From the NCBI GenBank assembly GCA_027493375.1, contig JAPVWO010000059.1:6507-70506 (forward strand): a stretch of 64,000 nucleotides of DNA. The letters are read 5' to 3'. Position numbers and translations under genes: made by a program. Below are positions 17,038-27,636 of this stretch, piece by piece; the first letter of the stretch is position 1; every line of letters starts with the position of its first letter. The notes under the pieces are model-generated. The model was not told the DNA's origin, searched no databases, and worked only from the letters and a program-made list of their open reading frames with translations. The DNA comes from Candidatus Multivorans thiocomprendens. GTDB taxonomy: Bacteria > Acidobacteriota > Thermoanaerobaculia > Multivoradales > Multivoraceae.

Positions 17038-19895
17038 GCGGGAAGAAGATCGTCGTCCGCGGCGCCCGCGAACACAACCTGAAGAACCTGACGGTCGAGA
17101 TCCCGCGGGATCGACTGGTCGTCGTCACCGGCGTTTCGGGCTCGGGCAAATCCTCCCTCGCCTTCGACACGCTGTTCGCCGAGGGGCAGCGTCGCTACGT
17201 CGAGTCCCTTTCCGCCTACGCGCGGCAGTTCCTGCACCAGGTTGAGAAGCCGGACGTCGACTCGATCGAGGGACTCTCGCCCGCGATTTCGATCGAGCAG
17301 AAATCGGTGTCCCGCAACCCGCGGTCGACGGTGGGGACGGTCACCGAGATCCTGGACTACCTGCGGTTGCTCTATGCCTCGGTGGGAGTGCCGCACTGCC
17401 CCGAGTGCGGCAAGGTGATTCGGCCGCAGACCGTGCAGCAGATGGTCGACCGGGTGGCGGCCATGCCGGAGGGCACCCGGCTGTTGCTGCTCGCGCCGTA
17501 CGTGCGGGGCAAGAAGGGCGAGTACCGGCGCCAGCTCGAACAGATGGTCCGCGAGGGCTTCCTGCGGGCGCGCATCGATGGCGAACTCCGCGAGCTTTCC
17601 GGCGACCTCCCCGCTCTCGACAAGAACAGGAAGCACGACATCGAGATCGTGATCGACCGTCTCGTCGTCCGGCCGGGCATCGAGCAGCGGCTCGCGGCAT
17701 CGGTCGAGACCGCGCTCGACGTTGGCCGCGGGTTGCTCGTCGTGGCGCCCCAGGGGTTGCCCGAGGAGACGATGTCGCAGCACTACGCCTGCGCCGACTG
17801 CGGCACCAGCCTGGCCGAGGTCTCGCCGCGGCTGTTCTCGTTCAACAGCCCCTACGGTGCGTGCCCCGAGTGCGGCGGCCTGGGTTCGTCGATGGCGGTC
17901 GACGAGGAGAGGATCCTGGACGATCCGCGGCGGTCGATCCAGGCCGGCGTGCTCCGGCCCTTTCCGACGAGTTCGTCGTCCTGGCGGCTCAGGATGCTAC
18001 GGACGGTCGCCGCGGAGATGGGCTTCGATCTCTCGACGCCGTGGCGCGAGCTGTCCGACGAGGTGCGGCAGGTCGTGCTCTACGGTTCGGGCAGCCGCGA
18101 GATCGCCTTCGAGATCAAGGGCCGCCGCTCGTCCTACCAGTGGCGCGGGCGGTACGAGGGCGTGGTGCCGATGCTCACTCGCCGCCACGCCGACACGGAG
18201 TCCCCGGGCGTTCGCGCGGAGATCGAGAAGTACATGTCGGTGCGCACCTGCGGCTCGTGCTCGGGCCGCCGGCTCCGTCCCGAAGCGCTGGCGGTCACCG
18301 TCGGCGACCGTTCGATCGACGATCTGACCTCGATGCCGATCGGCGACCTCCGGCGGGTGGTCGGAGCGTTGGGGCTGAGCACGAAGGAACGGCAGATCGC
18401 CGGCAAGATCCTGCAGGAGGTGGAGGACCGGCTGACGTTCCTCGATGATGTCGGTCTCGGTTATCTGCACCTGGACCGGGCCTCGGGAACCCTCTCGGGA
18501 GGCGAGAGCCAGCGCATCCGGCTCGCGACGCAGATCGGAAGCAAGCTCCAGGGAGTGCTCTACGTGCTGGACGAGCCCTCGATCGGCCTGCACCAGCGGG
18601 ACAACGCGAAGCTGCTCCGGACGCTCAAGGGCATGCGTGACCTCGGCAACTCCGTGCTCCTGGTCGAACATGACGAGGAGACGATCCGCGAGGCGGACTG
18701 GATCGTCGATCTGGGCCCGAAGGCGGGCGAGCACGGCGGCGAGGTGGTCGCCGAGGGATCGCTCGACAGGGTCGAGAAGGCGAAGGGGTCGTTGACCGCC
18801 GCCTACCTCCGCGGCGAAGCGGAGGTGCCGGTGCCCGCCGCGCGGCGGCCGGGTAACGGCGCCTGGCTGGGCATCAGGGGCGCGCGCCAGAACAACCTGG
18901 CCGAGCTCGACGTCGACGTGCCGCTCGGCTGCTTCGTCCTGGTCACCGGGGTCTCCGGTTCAGGCAAGAGCAGCCTGGTCAACGAGGTGCTGTACAAGGC
19001 CCTGGCGCGCCACTTCTACCGCGCCGTCGATCCGGCCGGCGATCACGATCGGATCGAGGGGCTCGAGCATCTCGACAAGGTGATCGCCATCGATCAGAGT
19101 CCGATCGGTCGCACGCCGCGCTCCAACCCGGCGACCTACACGAACGTCTTCACGCCGATCCGCACCCTGATGGCGAAGACGCCGGAAGCGCGGGCCCGCG
19201 GCTACAAGCCCGGCCGCTTCAGCTTCAACGTCAAGGGCGGCCGCTGCGAAGCCTGCGCGGGTGACGGGCAGAACAAGATCGAGATGCACTTCCTGCCCGA
19301 CGTCTACGTGACCTGCGACATCTGCGGCGGTCTGCGCTATGACCGCGAGACCCTGCAGGTCCGCTACAAGGGCAAGAACATCGCCGACATCCTCGCCATG
19401 AGCGTCGAGAACGCCTGCGAGTTCTTCGCCAACGTCCCGGCCATCGACCGTATCCTCTCGACGCTGGACGAGGTGGGGCTCGGCTACATCCGCCTCGGCC
19501 AGCCGGCGACCACGCTGTCGGGCGGCGAGGCGCAGCGGGTCAAGCTGGCCACCGAACTGTCCAAACGGGCGACTGGCCGGAGTCTCTACCTGCTGGACGA
19601 GCCGACGACCGGTCTCCACTTCGACGACGTGCGGCGCCTGGTCGGCCTTCTGCAGCGTCTGGTGGACCGGGGCAACACGGTGCTGGTCGTCGAGCACAAC
19701 CTCGACGTGATCAAGAACGCGGACTGGATCATCGACCTGGGCCCGGAGGGCGGCGTCGGTGGCGGCAGGCTGGTGGTGGCCGGTACGCCCGAAGAGGTAG
19801 CGGCCTTGCCGGAGAGTCACACCGGGGAGTTCCTGAGCAAGGCGCTGGCGACCCCGGCACCGGTGCACGCCACCCAGGAAAGAAAGGCGAGCTGA
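17034..19895 (+). CDS. uvrA: Excinuclease ABC subunit A
   Basis: Two ABC ATPase modules ([10 protein letters not shown] twice), zinc fingers, 953 aa. Confidence 0.95.
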   Translation: MSGKKIVVRGAREHNLKNLTVEIPRDRLVVVTGVSGSGKSSLAFDTLFAEGQRRYVESLSAYARQFLHQVEKPDVDSIEGLSPAISIEQKSVSRNPRSTVGTVTEILDYLRLLYASVGVPHCPECGKVIRPQTVQQMVDRVAAMPEGTRLLLLAPYVRGKKGEYRRQLEQMVREGFLRARIDGELRELSGDLPALDKNRKHDIEIVIDRLVVRPGIEQRLAASVETALDVGRGLLVVAPQGLPEETMSQHYACADCGTSLAEVSPRLFSFNSPYGACPECGGLGSSMAVDEERILDDPRRSIQAGVLRPFPTSSSSWRLRMLRTVAAEMGFDLSTPWRELSDEVRQVVLYGSGSREIAFEIKGRRSSYQWRGRYEGVVPMLTRRHADTESPGVRAEIEKYMSVRTCGSCSGRRLRPEALAVTVGDRSIDDLTSMPIGDLRRVVGALGLSTKERQIAGKILQEVEDRLTFLDDVGLGYLHLDRASGTLSGGESQRIRLATQIGSKLQGVLYVLDEPSIGLHQRDNAKLLRTLKGMRDLGNSVLLVEHDEETIREADWIVDLGPKAGEHGGEVVAEGSLDRVEKAKGSLTAAYLRGEAEVPVPAARRPGNGAWLGIRGARQNNLAELDVDVPLGCFVLVTGVSGSGKSSLVNEVLYKALARHFYRAVDPAGDHDRIEGLEHLDKVIAIDQSPIGRTPRSNPATYTNVFTPIRTLMAKTPEARARGYKPGRFSFNVKGGRCEACAGDGQNKIEMHFLPDVYVTCDICGGLRYDRETLQVRYKGKNIADILAMSVENACEFFANVPAIDRILSTLDEVGLGYIRLGQPATTLSGGEAQRVKLATELSKRATGRSLYLLDEPTTGLHFDDVRRLVGLLQRLVDRGNTVLVVEHNLDVIKNADWIIDLGPEGGVGGGRLVVAGTPEEVAALPESHTGEFLSKALATPAPVHATQERKAS

Positions 19896-19897
19896 GC

Positions 19898-21406
19898 GTG
19901 GCCGACCGCGGATCCTCCCCCTCCCGGAAGGCGTCCACGGACTTTGCCGGCCGCCGCCAGCGGCTGCGGCTCGAGACCCTCTACGACCTGGTCGTGGCGC
20001 TCCATTCCCACGAATCCGAGCAGGGGCTGCTGGACGACCTCCTGCAGCGCCTCTGCACCATCGTCGACCCGGCGGCTGCAGCGGCCGTCACGCGCGACCG
20101 CTTCGGCGTCGCGCGGTCGGCGTCCACGGTCGGTTTCGGCAGCGATTCCCCGGCAGCCGAGGTACTGCTTGCCGGACCCTTGTGGGACGACCTCCTGGCC
20201 CGGGACGACGTTCTGGCGCGGAGCGGCGGCTCGCTGGCCGGCCGGGAGTTCCAGTCCCTGCTGGCGGCGCCGCTCAAGTCCCGCGATGCCGTGCTGGGCT
20301 TCGTCGCCGTCCTCGACAAGGAGGTCCGCGGCAAGGGCGAACCGGGCTTCAGCGACGGCGACCGGAGGTTCCTGCGGTCCGTCGCGGCGCTGGCCGGGGT
20401 GGCCCTGGACGGCCTGCGCCAGGTGGAGCGGCTGGTCGTCTCGCGGGAACGGCTGGCGGAGGAGAACAAGCTGCTCAAGGAGCGCCTCGACGATCTGGCG
20501 GAGGTCGGCGGCAGGCGGATCGTGGCCCATGCGCCGACGATGCGCCGCATTCTGGAGATGCTCGACCGGGTGGCGCCGCGGAGCGTGAGCGTCCTGCTGC
20601 GCGGGGAGAGCGGCACCGGCAAGGAACTGATGGCGGCGTTCCTGCATCAGCGATCCGAGCGGACGGGCCCGCTGGTGGCGGTCAACTGCGCCGCGCTTCC
20701 GGAGAGCCTGCTGGAGAGCGAGCTGTTCGGCATCGAGGGCGGCGTGGCCACCGGCGTGAGGGCGCGAATCGGTCGCTTCGAACTGGCGGAAGGGGGTACC
20801 CTCTTCCTCGACGAGGTGGCCGACCTCGACGTGGCGCTGCAGGTCAAGCTGCTGCGCGCCCTCCAGGAGCGCGAGATCGTGCGCGTCGGGGGCCAGCGGC
20901 CGATAGCCGTCGACACCCGCGTCATCGCCGCGACCCACCAGCCGCTGGAGCGGCTGGTCGAGGAGGGCCGGTTTCGCGAGGACCTGTACTACCGCCTGAA
21001 GGGAATCAGCGTGGAGCTGCCGCCGCTACGGGAGCGGCGGCGGGACATCCCTCATCTGATCCGCCACTTCGCCGAGACGTTCTGCGCCCGGGAGTCGATC
21101 GAGCTCGCCCACTTCGACCGGACGGCGCTGAACCTCCTGCTCGCGCACGACTATCCCGGCAACGTGCGGGAACTGCAGAACATCGTGGAAGGCGCGGTCT
21201 CCCTGGCCGACGGCGTCGTCGACGCGGCCCTGATCCAGTCGCTGATGGGCGGCGCGGTCGGTCTTCAGAGCCCGGAGCCGCTCGACCTCGAGACGGTCAA
21301 GCGGCGTCACGTACGCCGGGTCATCGGGATGACGGGGGGCAACAAGAGCGCCGCCGCGAGGCTTCTCGGCGTCAACAGGCGCACCCTGACGCGCGGAAGG
21401 TACTGA
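19898..21406 (+). CDS. Sigma-54-dependent transcriptional activator with N-terminal GAF domain
   Basis: GESGTGKE, GGVATG, and a C-terminal HTH. Confidence 0.85.
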   Translation: MADRGSSPSRKASTDFAGRRQRLRLETLYDLVVALHSHESEQGLLDDLLQRLCTIVDPAAAAAVTRDRFGVARSASTVGFGSDSPAAEVLLAGPLWDDLLARDDVLARSGGSLAGREFQSLLAAPLKSRDAVLGFVAVLDKEVRGKGEPGFSDGDRRFLRSVAALAGVALDGLRQVERLVVSRERLAEENKLLKERLDDLAEVGGRRIVAHAPTMRRILEMLDRVAPRSVSVLLRGESGTGKELMAAFLHQRSERTGPLVAVNCAALPESLLESELFGIEGGVATGVRARIGRFELAEGGTLFLDEVADLDVALQVKLLRALQEREIVRVGGQRPIAVDTRVIAATHQPLERLVEEGRFREDLYYRLKGISVELPPLRERRRDIPHLIRHFAETFCARESIELAHFDRTALNLLLAHDYPGNVRELQNIVEGAVSLADGVVDAALIQSLMGGAVGLQSPEPLDLETVKRRHVRRVIGMTGGNKSAAARLLGVNRRTLTRGRY

Positions 21407-21782
21407 TCGATCCCCTGTCGCTGCGCCGGCCTGACATCCGACCGCTCGCAGACGAGCGCTCGGACTGTGACGCTGGTGGCGCGGGGACGCGCCACCAGGG
21501 TTCTGGCCGGCATCCCGCAGTGGCAATGGGTCATTTCATCCCACCATAGGACATATTGCCCCAGATACATGTGGGACGGGCGTAACGTCTCACCAGAGCC
21601 GACCCAAGCCCGAGTGGCGCGACTCGGTCGGGACAAATTGCCCCGAATCGACCATCCGGTCGCGACGGTGCTGCTCGTCGCAAACCCGCGTGAAATCCGG
21701 GTTTGCGGGCGGTTTGCCCTCGTATCCCCCCGGCTGGCAGGGGACTTGCTCTCTACCAGGGTCACCAACGGGGAGGTCGAAC

Positions 21783-21863
21783 ATGATGCCAGTAGTGGTG
21801 CGAGTCGCCGTCGACGGCCGGGATCTCTCTGATGGGCGCCAGCAACGGGGAGGTCGAACATGA
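21783..21863 (+). CDS. Putative upstream ORF (26 codons), coupled ATGA to the next small ORF
   Basis: Preceded by a GGAGG element 8 nt upstream; its TGA overlaps the second ATG. Confidence 0.25.
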   Translation: MMPVVVRVAVDGRDLSDGRQQRGGRT

Positions 21864-22048
21864 TGGTAGGGTCGCCGTTCAGTTTTTTGGACCGTGGGGG
21901 CGTCACCGCGCCGGCTTCGTGGGCGGGGAGTCTCTCCGCCGGTGTGTTCCGGTCGTCCGTCGTGGTCGCCAGCTTTCTTTGGTTTCTTCTGAACGACCGG
22001 ATCCAACCCGTGGTGATCTACTGTCTCAAGCTCTTCCTTGTCGCCTAG
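21860..22048 (+). CDS. Small hydrophobic protein (62 aa), hypothetical
   Basis: Preceded by a second copy of the same 23-nt GGAGG...ATGATG initiation element; the C-terminal half is hydrophobic. Confidence 0.3.
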   Translation: MMVGSPFSFLDRGGVTAPASWAGSLSAGVFRSSVVVASFLWFLLNDRIQPVVIYCLKLFLVA

Positions 22049-22084
22049 GATCCCGGCCGCAGGGGCGCCGGTCGCTTACCCCCG

Positions 22085-22528
22085 ATGTCTGAGCTCGGAG
22101 TTCTTGAAGAAACCCACCTGACCTTCAGGCTCGCGCCTGAAATGGAACTGGAAGTACGGGCCTGCGCCTGCGAGATGGCGAAGTCCATCCGGATGAGCAC
22201 GGACAAGGTCGAGGAAGTGGGCATGGCGGTCGTCGAGGCGTGCATCAACGCGATCGAACACAGCCGGGCCGCCGACGGCCAGCTGCATCTCGGGCTTGCG
22301 GTACTGGGTTCGGCCGGGGCGGACGAGCCGCAGGGGCTCCGGATCACGATTCAGGATCAGGGAGTCGGCTTCGATTGTTCGAAGCTCGTGCCGCCCCGGA
22401 TCGAGGACAACCTGAAGGCGATCCGGAAGCGTGGCTGGGGGTTGAAGATCATTGAAGGACTGATGGACGAGGTGAACGTGCTCTCGGGCGAGGGCGGCAC
22501 CTCCGTCGTGATGTTGAAGGCACTCTGA
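22085..22528 (+). CDS. Anti-sigma factor serine kinase (RsbW/SpoIIAB-like HATPase)
   Basis: EACINAIEHS, GVGFD, GWGLKII motifs. Confidence 0.8.
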   Translation: MSELGVLEETHLTFRLAPEMELEVRACACEMAKSIRMSTDKVEEVGMAVVEACINAIEHSRAADGQLHLGLAVLGSAGADEPQGLRITIQDQGVGFDCSKLVPPRIEDNLKAIRKRGWGLKIIEGLMDEVNVLSGEGGTSVVMLKAL

Positions 22529-22571
22529 CGCACTCTGACGCTACTTTGAGCGAGGAAGTCTGGTTGGTTCC

Positions 22572-22931
22572 ATGAACGAGGGTCTGAAGTTGAACGTGGA
22601 GCGCCGCGACGGTCTGGCGGTGATCTACACGGACGGTTACATCAACAACCAGGGCGGCGAGGAGATCGCGGAGGCGGCGTACGGCCTGCTGGACGAGGGC
22701 TTCGGGACCCTGCTGCTGAACCTCGCCGGGACGAAGATCGTCAACTCGATCGGCATCTCCATACTGATCGAGATCATCGAGAAGATGATCGAAGTGGAGG
22801 GCCGGCTGTCCTTCTGCCATCTCACCCCGACGATCGAGAAGACCTTCCACATCATGGGCTTGGCGCAGTACGCCAGCATCTTTCCCGACGAACAGGCGGC
22901 GGTGACCGAGCTTCAGGCCGGGGCTTCGTGA
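22572..22931 (+). CDS. STAS-domain anti-sigma-factor antagonist (RsbV/SpoIIAA-like)
   Basis: 119 aa; NSIGISILIEI STAS core. Confidence 0.85.
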   Translation: MNEGLKLNVERRDGLAVIYTDGYINNQGGEEIAEAAYGLLDEGFGTLLLNLAGTKIVNSIGISILIEIIEKMIEVEGRLSFCHLTPTIEKTFHIMGLAQYASIFPDEQAAVTELQAGAS

Positions 22932-24574
22932 CTTCGCCGGCCGCCGGTGCTGCTCAGGCGCCGGAGTCGACCTCGGCGGCTGGAACGGGTCTCGGAGCCG
23001 AACTCTGGCGGCTGGCGGCGGCCGCGGAGACCGCGGAGTGGGAGAGCGGCGCGGCGCAGACCCGGCTGGTCGGGCACTGGTGCCGGACGCAGGGCCTGGC
23101 CGGCGCCCAGATCTACCGCCGCGACGGCGGTCCGGTGGCGTCGTGGGGCGTGCTCGGCACCCGCGAACGGAGCCTGGAGCACGACCTGATCCTCTACTAC
23201 GCCGTCGCGGACGATGCGGCTCCCGATGACGGCGCCGGCGGCGGAGAGGGGAGCACGCCGGAGGAGCACGACCTCGCCGGAGTGCTGGCCATCGGCCTCA
23301 GGCTGCGGGAACTGGCCGACGAACTGAAGGACCGGAGATTCCAGGACAACTACAACGTCGTCACGCTGCAGGCGGTCTACGACGTGGGGCTGGCGATCGC
23401 TTCGACATTGAACCTGGACGAACTGACCGAGGAGATCCTGCTGCGCGCGGTTTCGCTCCTGGACGCCCGGCGCGGCGCCTTCTACCTGCTGGACGACGAA
23501 GGCCGCCTCGCGCTCGCCGGCACGATCGGCGGCGGCGCCCGCGAGGCGCTCGAAGCCCCGCCGGCATCCGGTTTCGACGAGGCCGGCGTCAAGGCGGTAG
23601 CGGCGGGCGTCATCCCGGCCGCGGAACACTCGCTCGCGGTCCCCATCGAAGGCGACGGGGGCAGCGGCAGCGTCGGCCTGCTGGTGGTCGCGGACAAGGA
23701 GAGCCGGACCGGAGTCGGCCCGTTCGCCGCGGCCGATCATCGGGCGCTTTCGCTGTTCGCCAACCAGGCCGCGATCGCGCTGACCAACGCGAAGCTCCAT
23801 CGGCAGGCGCTCGAGAAGGAGCGCCTGGAGCGGGAGGTGGAGCTCGCCGCCGAGATCCAGCGCAACATCCTGCCCGCCGAGATGCCGAGCGCGGGCTGCT
23901 TCGAGACCGTTGGCTGGAGCCGTCCCTCACGCCAGGTCGGCGGCGACTACTATGGCTCGCTCCGGTTCGCCGGGTCGCGCCGTGGCCTGGTGGTCGCGGA
24001 CGTCACGGGCAAGGGCATGCCGGCCGCGCTCCTGGTCTCTACTCTGGACTCGGCGTTGCGGTTGCTCGTCGACGACTGCCGGCTGGGCGGAGAAGGCGTG
24101 GGGGCGGAACTCTCGCCGGAACTCTTCGACCGTCTGAACAAGCACATCGTCGAGAGCAGCGCCAGCAACTGCTTCATCACCCTGATCCTCGCCGAGATCG
24201 ACCCGCGAAACCGCGGCGTCCGCTACCTCAATGCGGGACACAACCCGGGGCTACTGGTGCGCGGGAACGGCGAAGCCACGCTCCTTCCGGCCAGCGGCCT
24301 GCCGCTGGGCCTTCTTCCCACGGCGAGCTACCAGGTGGAGCCTCTCGAGATGGCTCCGGGCGACCTCCTCTGCCTGTACAGCGACGGGATCACGGAGTGC
24401 GAGTCACCGGACGGCGAAGAGTACGGCCAGGAGCGGCTCGAGGACTTCCTTCGCGCCCGCCGCGAGCGGCCGCTGTCCGAGATCGTGGACGCGATCGATG
24501 CCGACGTGAGGCGCTTCGGGGCCGGCCTGCCGCAGGGCGACGATCAGACCGTCGTGCTGATTCGCCGCGGCTAG
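22928..24574 (+). CDS. GAF-domain PP2C/SpoIIE-family serine phosphatase (RsbU-like)
   Basis: GGDYY...VVADVTGKG...YSDGITE PP2C motifs. Confidence 0.85.
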   Translation: MTSPAAGAAQAPESTSAAGTGLGAELWRLAAAAETAEWESGAAQTRLVGHWCRTQGLAGAQIYRRDGGPVASWGVLGTRERSLEHDLILYYAVADDAAPDDGAGGGEGSTPEEHDLAGVLAIGLRLRELADELKDRRFQDNYNVVTLQAVYDVGLAIASTLNLDELTEEILLRAVSLLDARRGAFYLLDDEGRLALAGTIGGGAREALEAPPASGFDEAGVKAVAAGVIPAAEHSLAVPIEGDGGSGSVGLLVVADKESRTGVGPFAAADHRALSLFANQAAIALTNAKLHRQALEKERLEREVELAAEIQRNILPAEMPSAGCFETVGWSRPSRQVGGDYYGSLRFAGSRRGLVVADVTGKGMPAALLVSTLDSALRLLVDDCRLGGEGVGAELSPELFDRLNKHIVESSASNCFITLILAEIDPRNRGVRYLNAGHNPGLLVRGNGEATLLPASGLPLGLLPTASYQVEPLEMAPGDLLCLYSDGITECESPDGEEYGQERLEDFLRARRERPLSEIVDAIDADVRRFGAGLPQGDDQTVVLIRRG

Positions 24575-25971
24575 GAATCCGTCGCGGTCAGACCGTCCAC
24601 GTCGGCCACCGCCAGGGCCGGTGCCGACGTGCCGCCGAGGAAACCGTCGCGCGAGGGACGGCAGAACAGGGTGTCGCCGATAGCCAGCAGGTTGGAGAAC
24701 ACGCGGAGCAGGCTGTCCTCCCAGACGAGATCGATCACCGGTTCGGCGAGCCGGCCGCCCCGCAGGCGACGCACCCCGCGGGCCCGTGCCCGCACCCGCA
24801 TGCGAACGGGGTCGAAGCACTCGACCTCGTCCAGCCTGCTGACCCAGACGCCGCCGTCCGCGATGCGGAACAGGTCCCGCTCGCTGTGCTCGCCGGGTCG
24901 GAGGAACGTGTTGAGGGGGCATGCCTCCTCGCCGCCCGTGCAGTGGCAGGTAGGAGAAAGCCCCACGCGGGCAGCGGTGGCGGTGTCCAGCGCCGGTGTT
25001 CGCGGCACTCCCGCGGACACCAGCTCGACGGAAGTCTTCGAGACGCCCTCCAGGTCGAAGGGAAAGGGCAGGCCGCTCTCGCGGCAGGCGTCGTCCGTCA
25101 GATCGAGGCGGCGGTCGAAGACCTGCACGCCCGTGTGCTGAAGCAGGAAGGACTCTCTCTCGAGGATCGAGCGTGAGGAGAACGCGTGGAGGTTCAGCAG
25201 TTCGACGAGCTCGATCGTCGCCTCGGGCGCCAGGAGGACGGGCGCGCCGCTGGGCGGCGTCGCGGCCGTGCCTTCGGGTGCCCTCCGCTCGCGCGCGGTC
25301 TCGACGAGTCGGGCAAGCTGGAGGTCGCCGAGCGAACGGGCGGCGTGGCGGGCGAAGCCGGCGCCCGGATCGGCGCCGCTTCGCACCTCGACCATGACGG
25401 AACTGGCCCGTTCGCCTCGCGCGAGTTCCCGGCTGTTGGCGATGGCGGCCTGTCCGATGGTCCATTCGATGATCGCCGCTTCGTCGTCCCTGAGCGCTTC
25501 TCGCAGCAACCGCCGGGCCGCCTTGGCGTGCAGGCGTTCGATATCCCGGTCGCAGACGGCGGCCGACGTGGCTTCCGGTTGGTTGCCCTCGGGCAACGCG
25601 GGGAGCGACTCGGGGGGCGCCGCCCGGGCTGCCGCGAGCGCGAAGCGGACCCCACTGTCGAGCTCGCCCTTGCGTGCGCCTCCCGTGCGGTGGATTCCCG
25701 AGCGTCGTCCCTCCCGAACCCTCAAGGTGACCAGGCGGGAGCGCCGCCGGTAGCTGTCGAGGTCGGGAACACGGAAGCCGGTGCGGCCGCGCCGGCTTTC
25801 CAGCCAGAGGATCTCCGTTTCGTCCGCCGGCGAGCGGTCCACCGCGGCGACGAGTTCCTCACGGACCCGGCCCAGGGAGCGCAGGCGGGGTTCGGCCTCG
25901 GCACGTCCGGACCGCCTCCTCCCCGATCGGCGGTTCGGCCTGGCCGGTCTCGGGGGGCGACGATCCGGCAC
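24571..25971 (-). CDS. TldD/PmbA-family putative metallopeptidase
   Basis: Size and the C-terminal GGVWVSRLDEVECFD pattern; weak. Confidence 0.45.
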   Translation of the reverse strand: MPDRRPPRPARPNRRSGRRRSGRAEAEPRLRSLGRVREELVAAVDRSPADETEILWLESRRGRTGFRVPDLDSYRRRSRLVTLRVREGRRSGIHRTGGARKGELDSGVRFALAAARAAPPESLPALPEGNQPEATSAAVCDRDIERLHAKAARRLLREALRDDEAAIIEWTIGQAAIANSRELARGERASSVMVEVRSGADPGAGFARHAARSLGDLQLARLVETARERRAPEGTAATPPSGAPVLLAPEATIELVELLNLHAFSSRSILERESFLLQHTGVQVFDRRLDLTDDACRESGLPFPFDLEGVSKTSVELVSAGVPRTPALDTATAARVGLSPTCHCTGGEEACPLNTFLRPGEHSERDLFRIADGGVWVSRLDEVECFDPVRMRVRARARGVRRLRGGRLAEPVIDLVWEDSLLRVFSNLLAIGDTLFCRPSRDGFLGGTSAPALAVADVDGLTATDS

Positions 25972-25995
25972 GGTGTTTGCCTATCATAGGGAATC

Positions 25996-26766
25996 GTGCG
26001 GGAACTCTGGCAGTCGAGGTCCGGATCGCCGCGGTCCGTTGCGCTCGCCGGCGTGGCATGCGCCTTTGCGGCGGTCGGCGTCGTGGGGCAGCCGCCTGAC
26101 CGGAACGATCCGTTCGCGGCCCAGCGCACCGCCATGGTGGAAGAACAGATCAGAGGCCGGGGAATCGAGGAACCGAAGCTGCTGAACGCGCTCAGAACGG
26201 TTCCCCGGCACGAGTTCGTGCCGGACTCCCTGCGTGACGACGCCTACGGCGACGAGGCCGTCCAGATCGGCTCGGGTCAGACCGTCTCCCAGCCCTACCT
26301 GGTCGCCTTGATGGCGGACCTTCTCGAGCTCGACGGCGACGAGAAGCTGCTCGAGATCGGTACCGGCTCCGGGTACACGACGGCGGTGCTGGCGCGTCTC
26401 GCTCGCCGCGTCTACTCGATCGAGATCATCGACGATCTGGCGGAGAGGGCGGTGGGGGTTCTGGACGAGCTGGGCTACGGCAACGTCGAGGTCCGCGTAG
26501 GTGACGGCTACCGCGGGTGGCCGGAAGAAGCGCCCTTCGACGGCATCCTGGTCTCCGCCGCGCCCGAGGAGGTGCCGCCGCCGCTGATCGAACAGCTCAA
26601 GGTGAACGGCATCCTGGTTGCCCCGGTCGGTGGACCCCTGCAGGACCTGGTGGTCATCCGCAAGACCCCGGACGGACTCGAACGCCGCCAAGTCGACGTC
26701 GTCCGGTTCGTGCCCATGGTGGGGCGCGCGCAGGAGGACCCGGAAGGGGAGAACCCGAACTTCTAG
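25996..26766 (+). CDS. pcm: Protein-L-isoaspartate O-methyltransferase
   Basis: VSQPYLVALM...LEIGTGSGYTTAVLA SAM motifs; signal peptide. Confidence 0.9.
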   Translation: MRELWQSRSGSPRSVALAGVACAFAAVGVVGQPPDRNDPFAAQRTAMVEEQIRGRGIEEPKLLNALRTVPRHEFVPDSLRDDAYGDEAVQIGSGQTVSQPYLVALMADLLELDGDEKLLEIGTGSGYTTAVLARLARRVYSIEIIDDLAERAVGVLDELGYGNVEVRVGDGYRGWPEEAPFDGILVSAAPEEVPPPLIEQLKVNGILVAPVGGPLQDLVVIRKTPDGLERRQVDVVRFVPMVGRAQEDPEGENPNF

Positions 26767-26783
26767 GCCCGAACTTCCAGAAG

Positions 26784-26859
26784 TGGTGGAGCAGAAGGGA
26801 CTTGAACCCTCGACCCCCACGTTGCGAACGTGGTGCTCTCCCAGCTGAGCTACTGCCCC
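26784..26859 (-). tRNA. tRNA-Ala (anticodon CGC)
   Basis: Cloverleaf GGGGCAGTAGCTCAGCTGGGAGAGC...TTCGCAA...GGTTCAAGTCC...CTGCTCCACCA with G3:U70 and encoded CCA. Confidence 0.85.
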
Positions 26860-26926
26860 ACGAGAGTTCTCCCGTACCTCGGGGGCGACGGATTGTAGCA
26901 GCGCCGGACACGTATATGATCGGGCC

Positions 26927-27316
26927 ATGAGCAACGCCAAGAAAAAAGAAGGCGGCGAGGACGGCGGCAACGTCACGTCGATGGATCTGGCCCGGGAGGC
27001 GGTCGCCGAGGGGGTGGAGAAGGCCCGCTCGGCTGTCGGTCACGGCGTCGACGCGGCGCGCGAGCGGATGCGGGACTCCCCGCTGTCGGAACGGGTCAAG
27101 AAGGCCTCGGCCCGGGCTGGCGAGGCGGCCAAGGGAGGCTACGGTGCCGCCAAGGAGAAGCTCGGTCACGGCTACGAACGGGCGCGCAAGGACCTGGATC
27201 AACTGGTTGGCGACGTGAACGTGTACGTCCGTGACAATCCCGGCCGGGCAGTGCTGATCGCGGCCGCCGCGGGCTTCGTCCTGGGATTCCTGCTGCGTCG
27301 TGACCGCCGATCCTGA
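26927..27316 (+). CDS. DUF883 (ElaB/YqjD-like) membrane-anchored protein
   Basis: C-terminus VRDNPGRAVLIAAAAGFVLGFLLRR. Confidence 0.7.
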   Translation: MSNAKKKEGGEDGGNVTSMDLAREAVAEGVEKARSAVGHGVDAARERMRDSPLSERVKKASARAGEAAKGGYGAAKEKLGHGYERARKDLDQLVGDVNVYVRDNPGRAVLIAAAAGFVLGFLLRRDRRS

Positions 27317-27530
27317 CCAGCCGGCGATCGAAGATCGGATTGTCGGCAGTCTGACGCCCGGTCTCGACTGGGTGGCGCTTGTGCGCGCGTATCCGCTGGC
27401 GTCCGTGGCCGTGGCGGCTTCGCTCGGTTTCCTGATCGGACGCGCCCGTGGCCGGGAGATCCTCGGCATTCTGGGCGACCTCGCCGGCGAGCGGGTCGAC
27501 GAGAGTGTACGCAGCGTCCTGATCCGCTAG
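27300..27530 (+). CDS. Small hypothetical membrane protein (76 aa), ATGA-coupled to the DUF883 gene
   Basis: Single transmembrane segment LASVAVAASLGFLIG. Confidence 0.35.
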   Translation: MTADPDQPAIEDRIVGSLTPGLDWVALVRAYPLASVAVAASLGFLIGRARGREILGILGDLAGERVDESVRSVLIR

Positions 27531-27636
27531 GGCCGAACACTCCCGACCCAGCCGCGGGACGACTCCGCTGCGCCGTCTGCTCCACCTCTCCGACATCCAC
27601 TTCGGGCCGCCGCACTACCGGCCGGCGGCCGCGGGC

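Noticed and set aside
21406-22085. Sigma-54 (-24/-12) promoter downstream of the GAF enhancer-binding protein
   Set aside because: No TGGCAC-N5-TTGC match with correct spacing was found by eye; a PWM scan is needed.
25984-26976. 330-aa minus-strand ORF spanning the pcm/tRNA-Ala region
   Set aside because: It overlaps tRNA-Ala and is antisense to pcm, so it is not coding.
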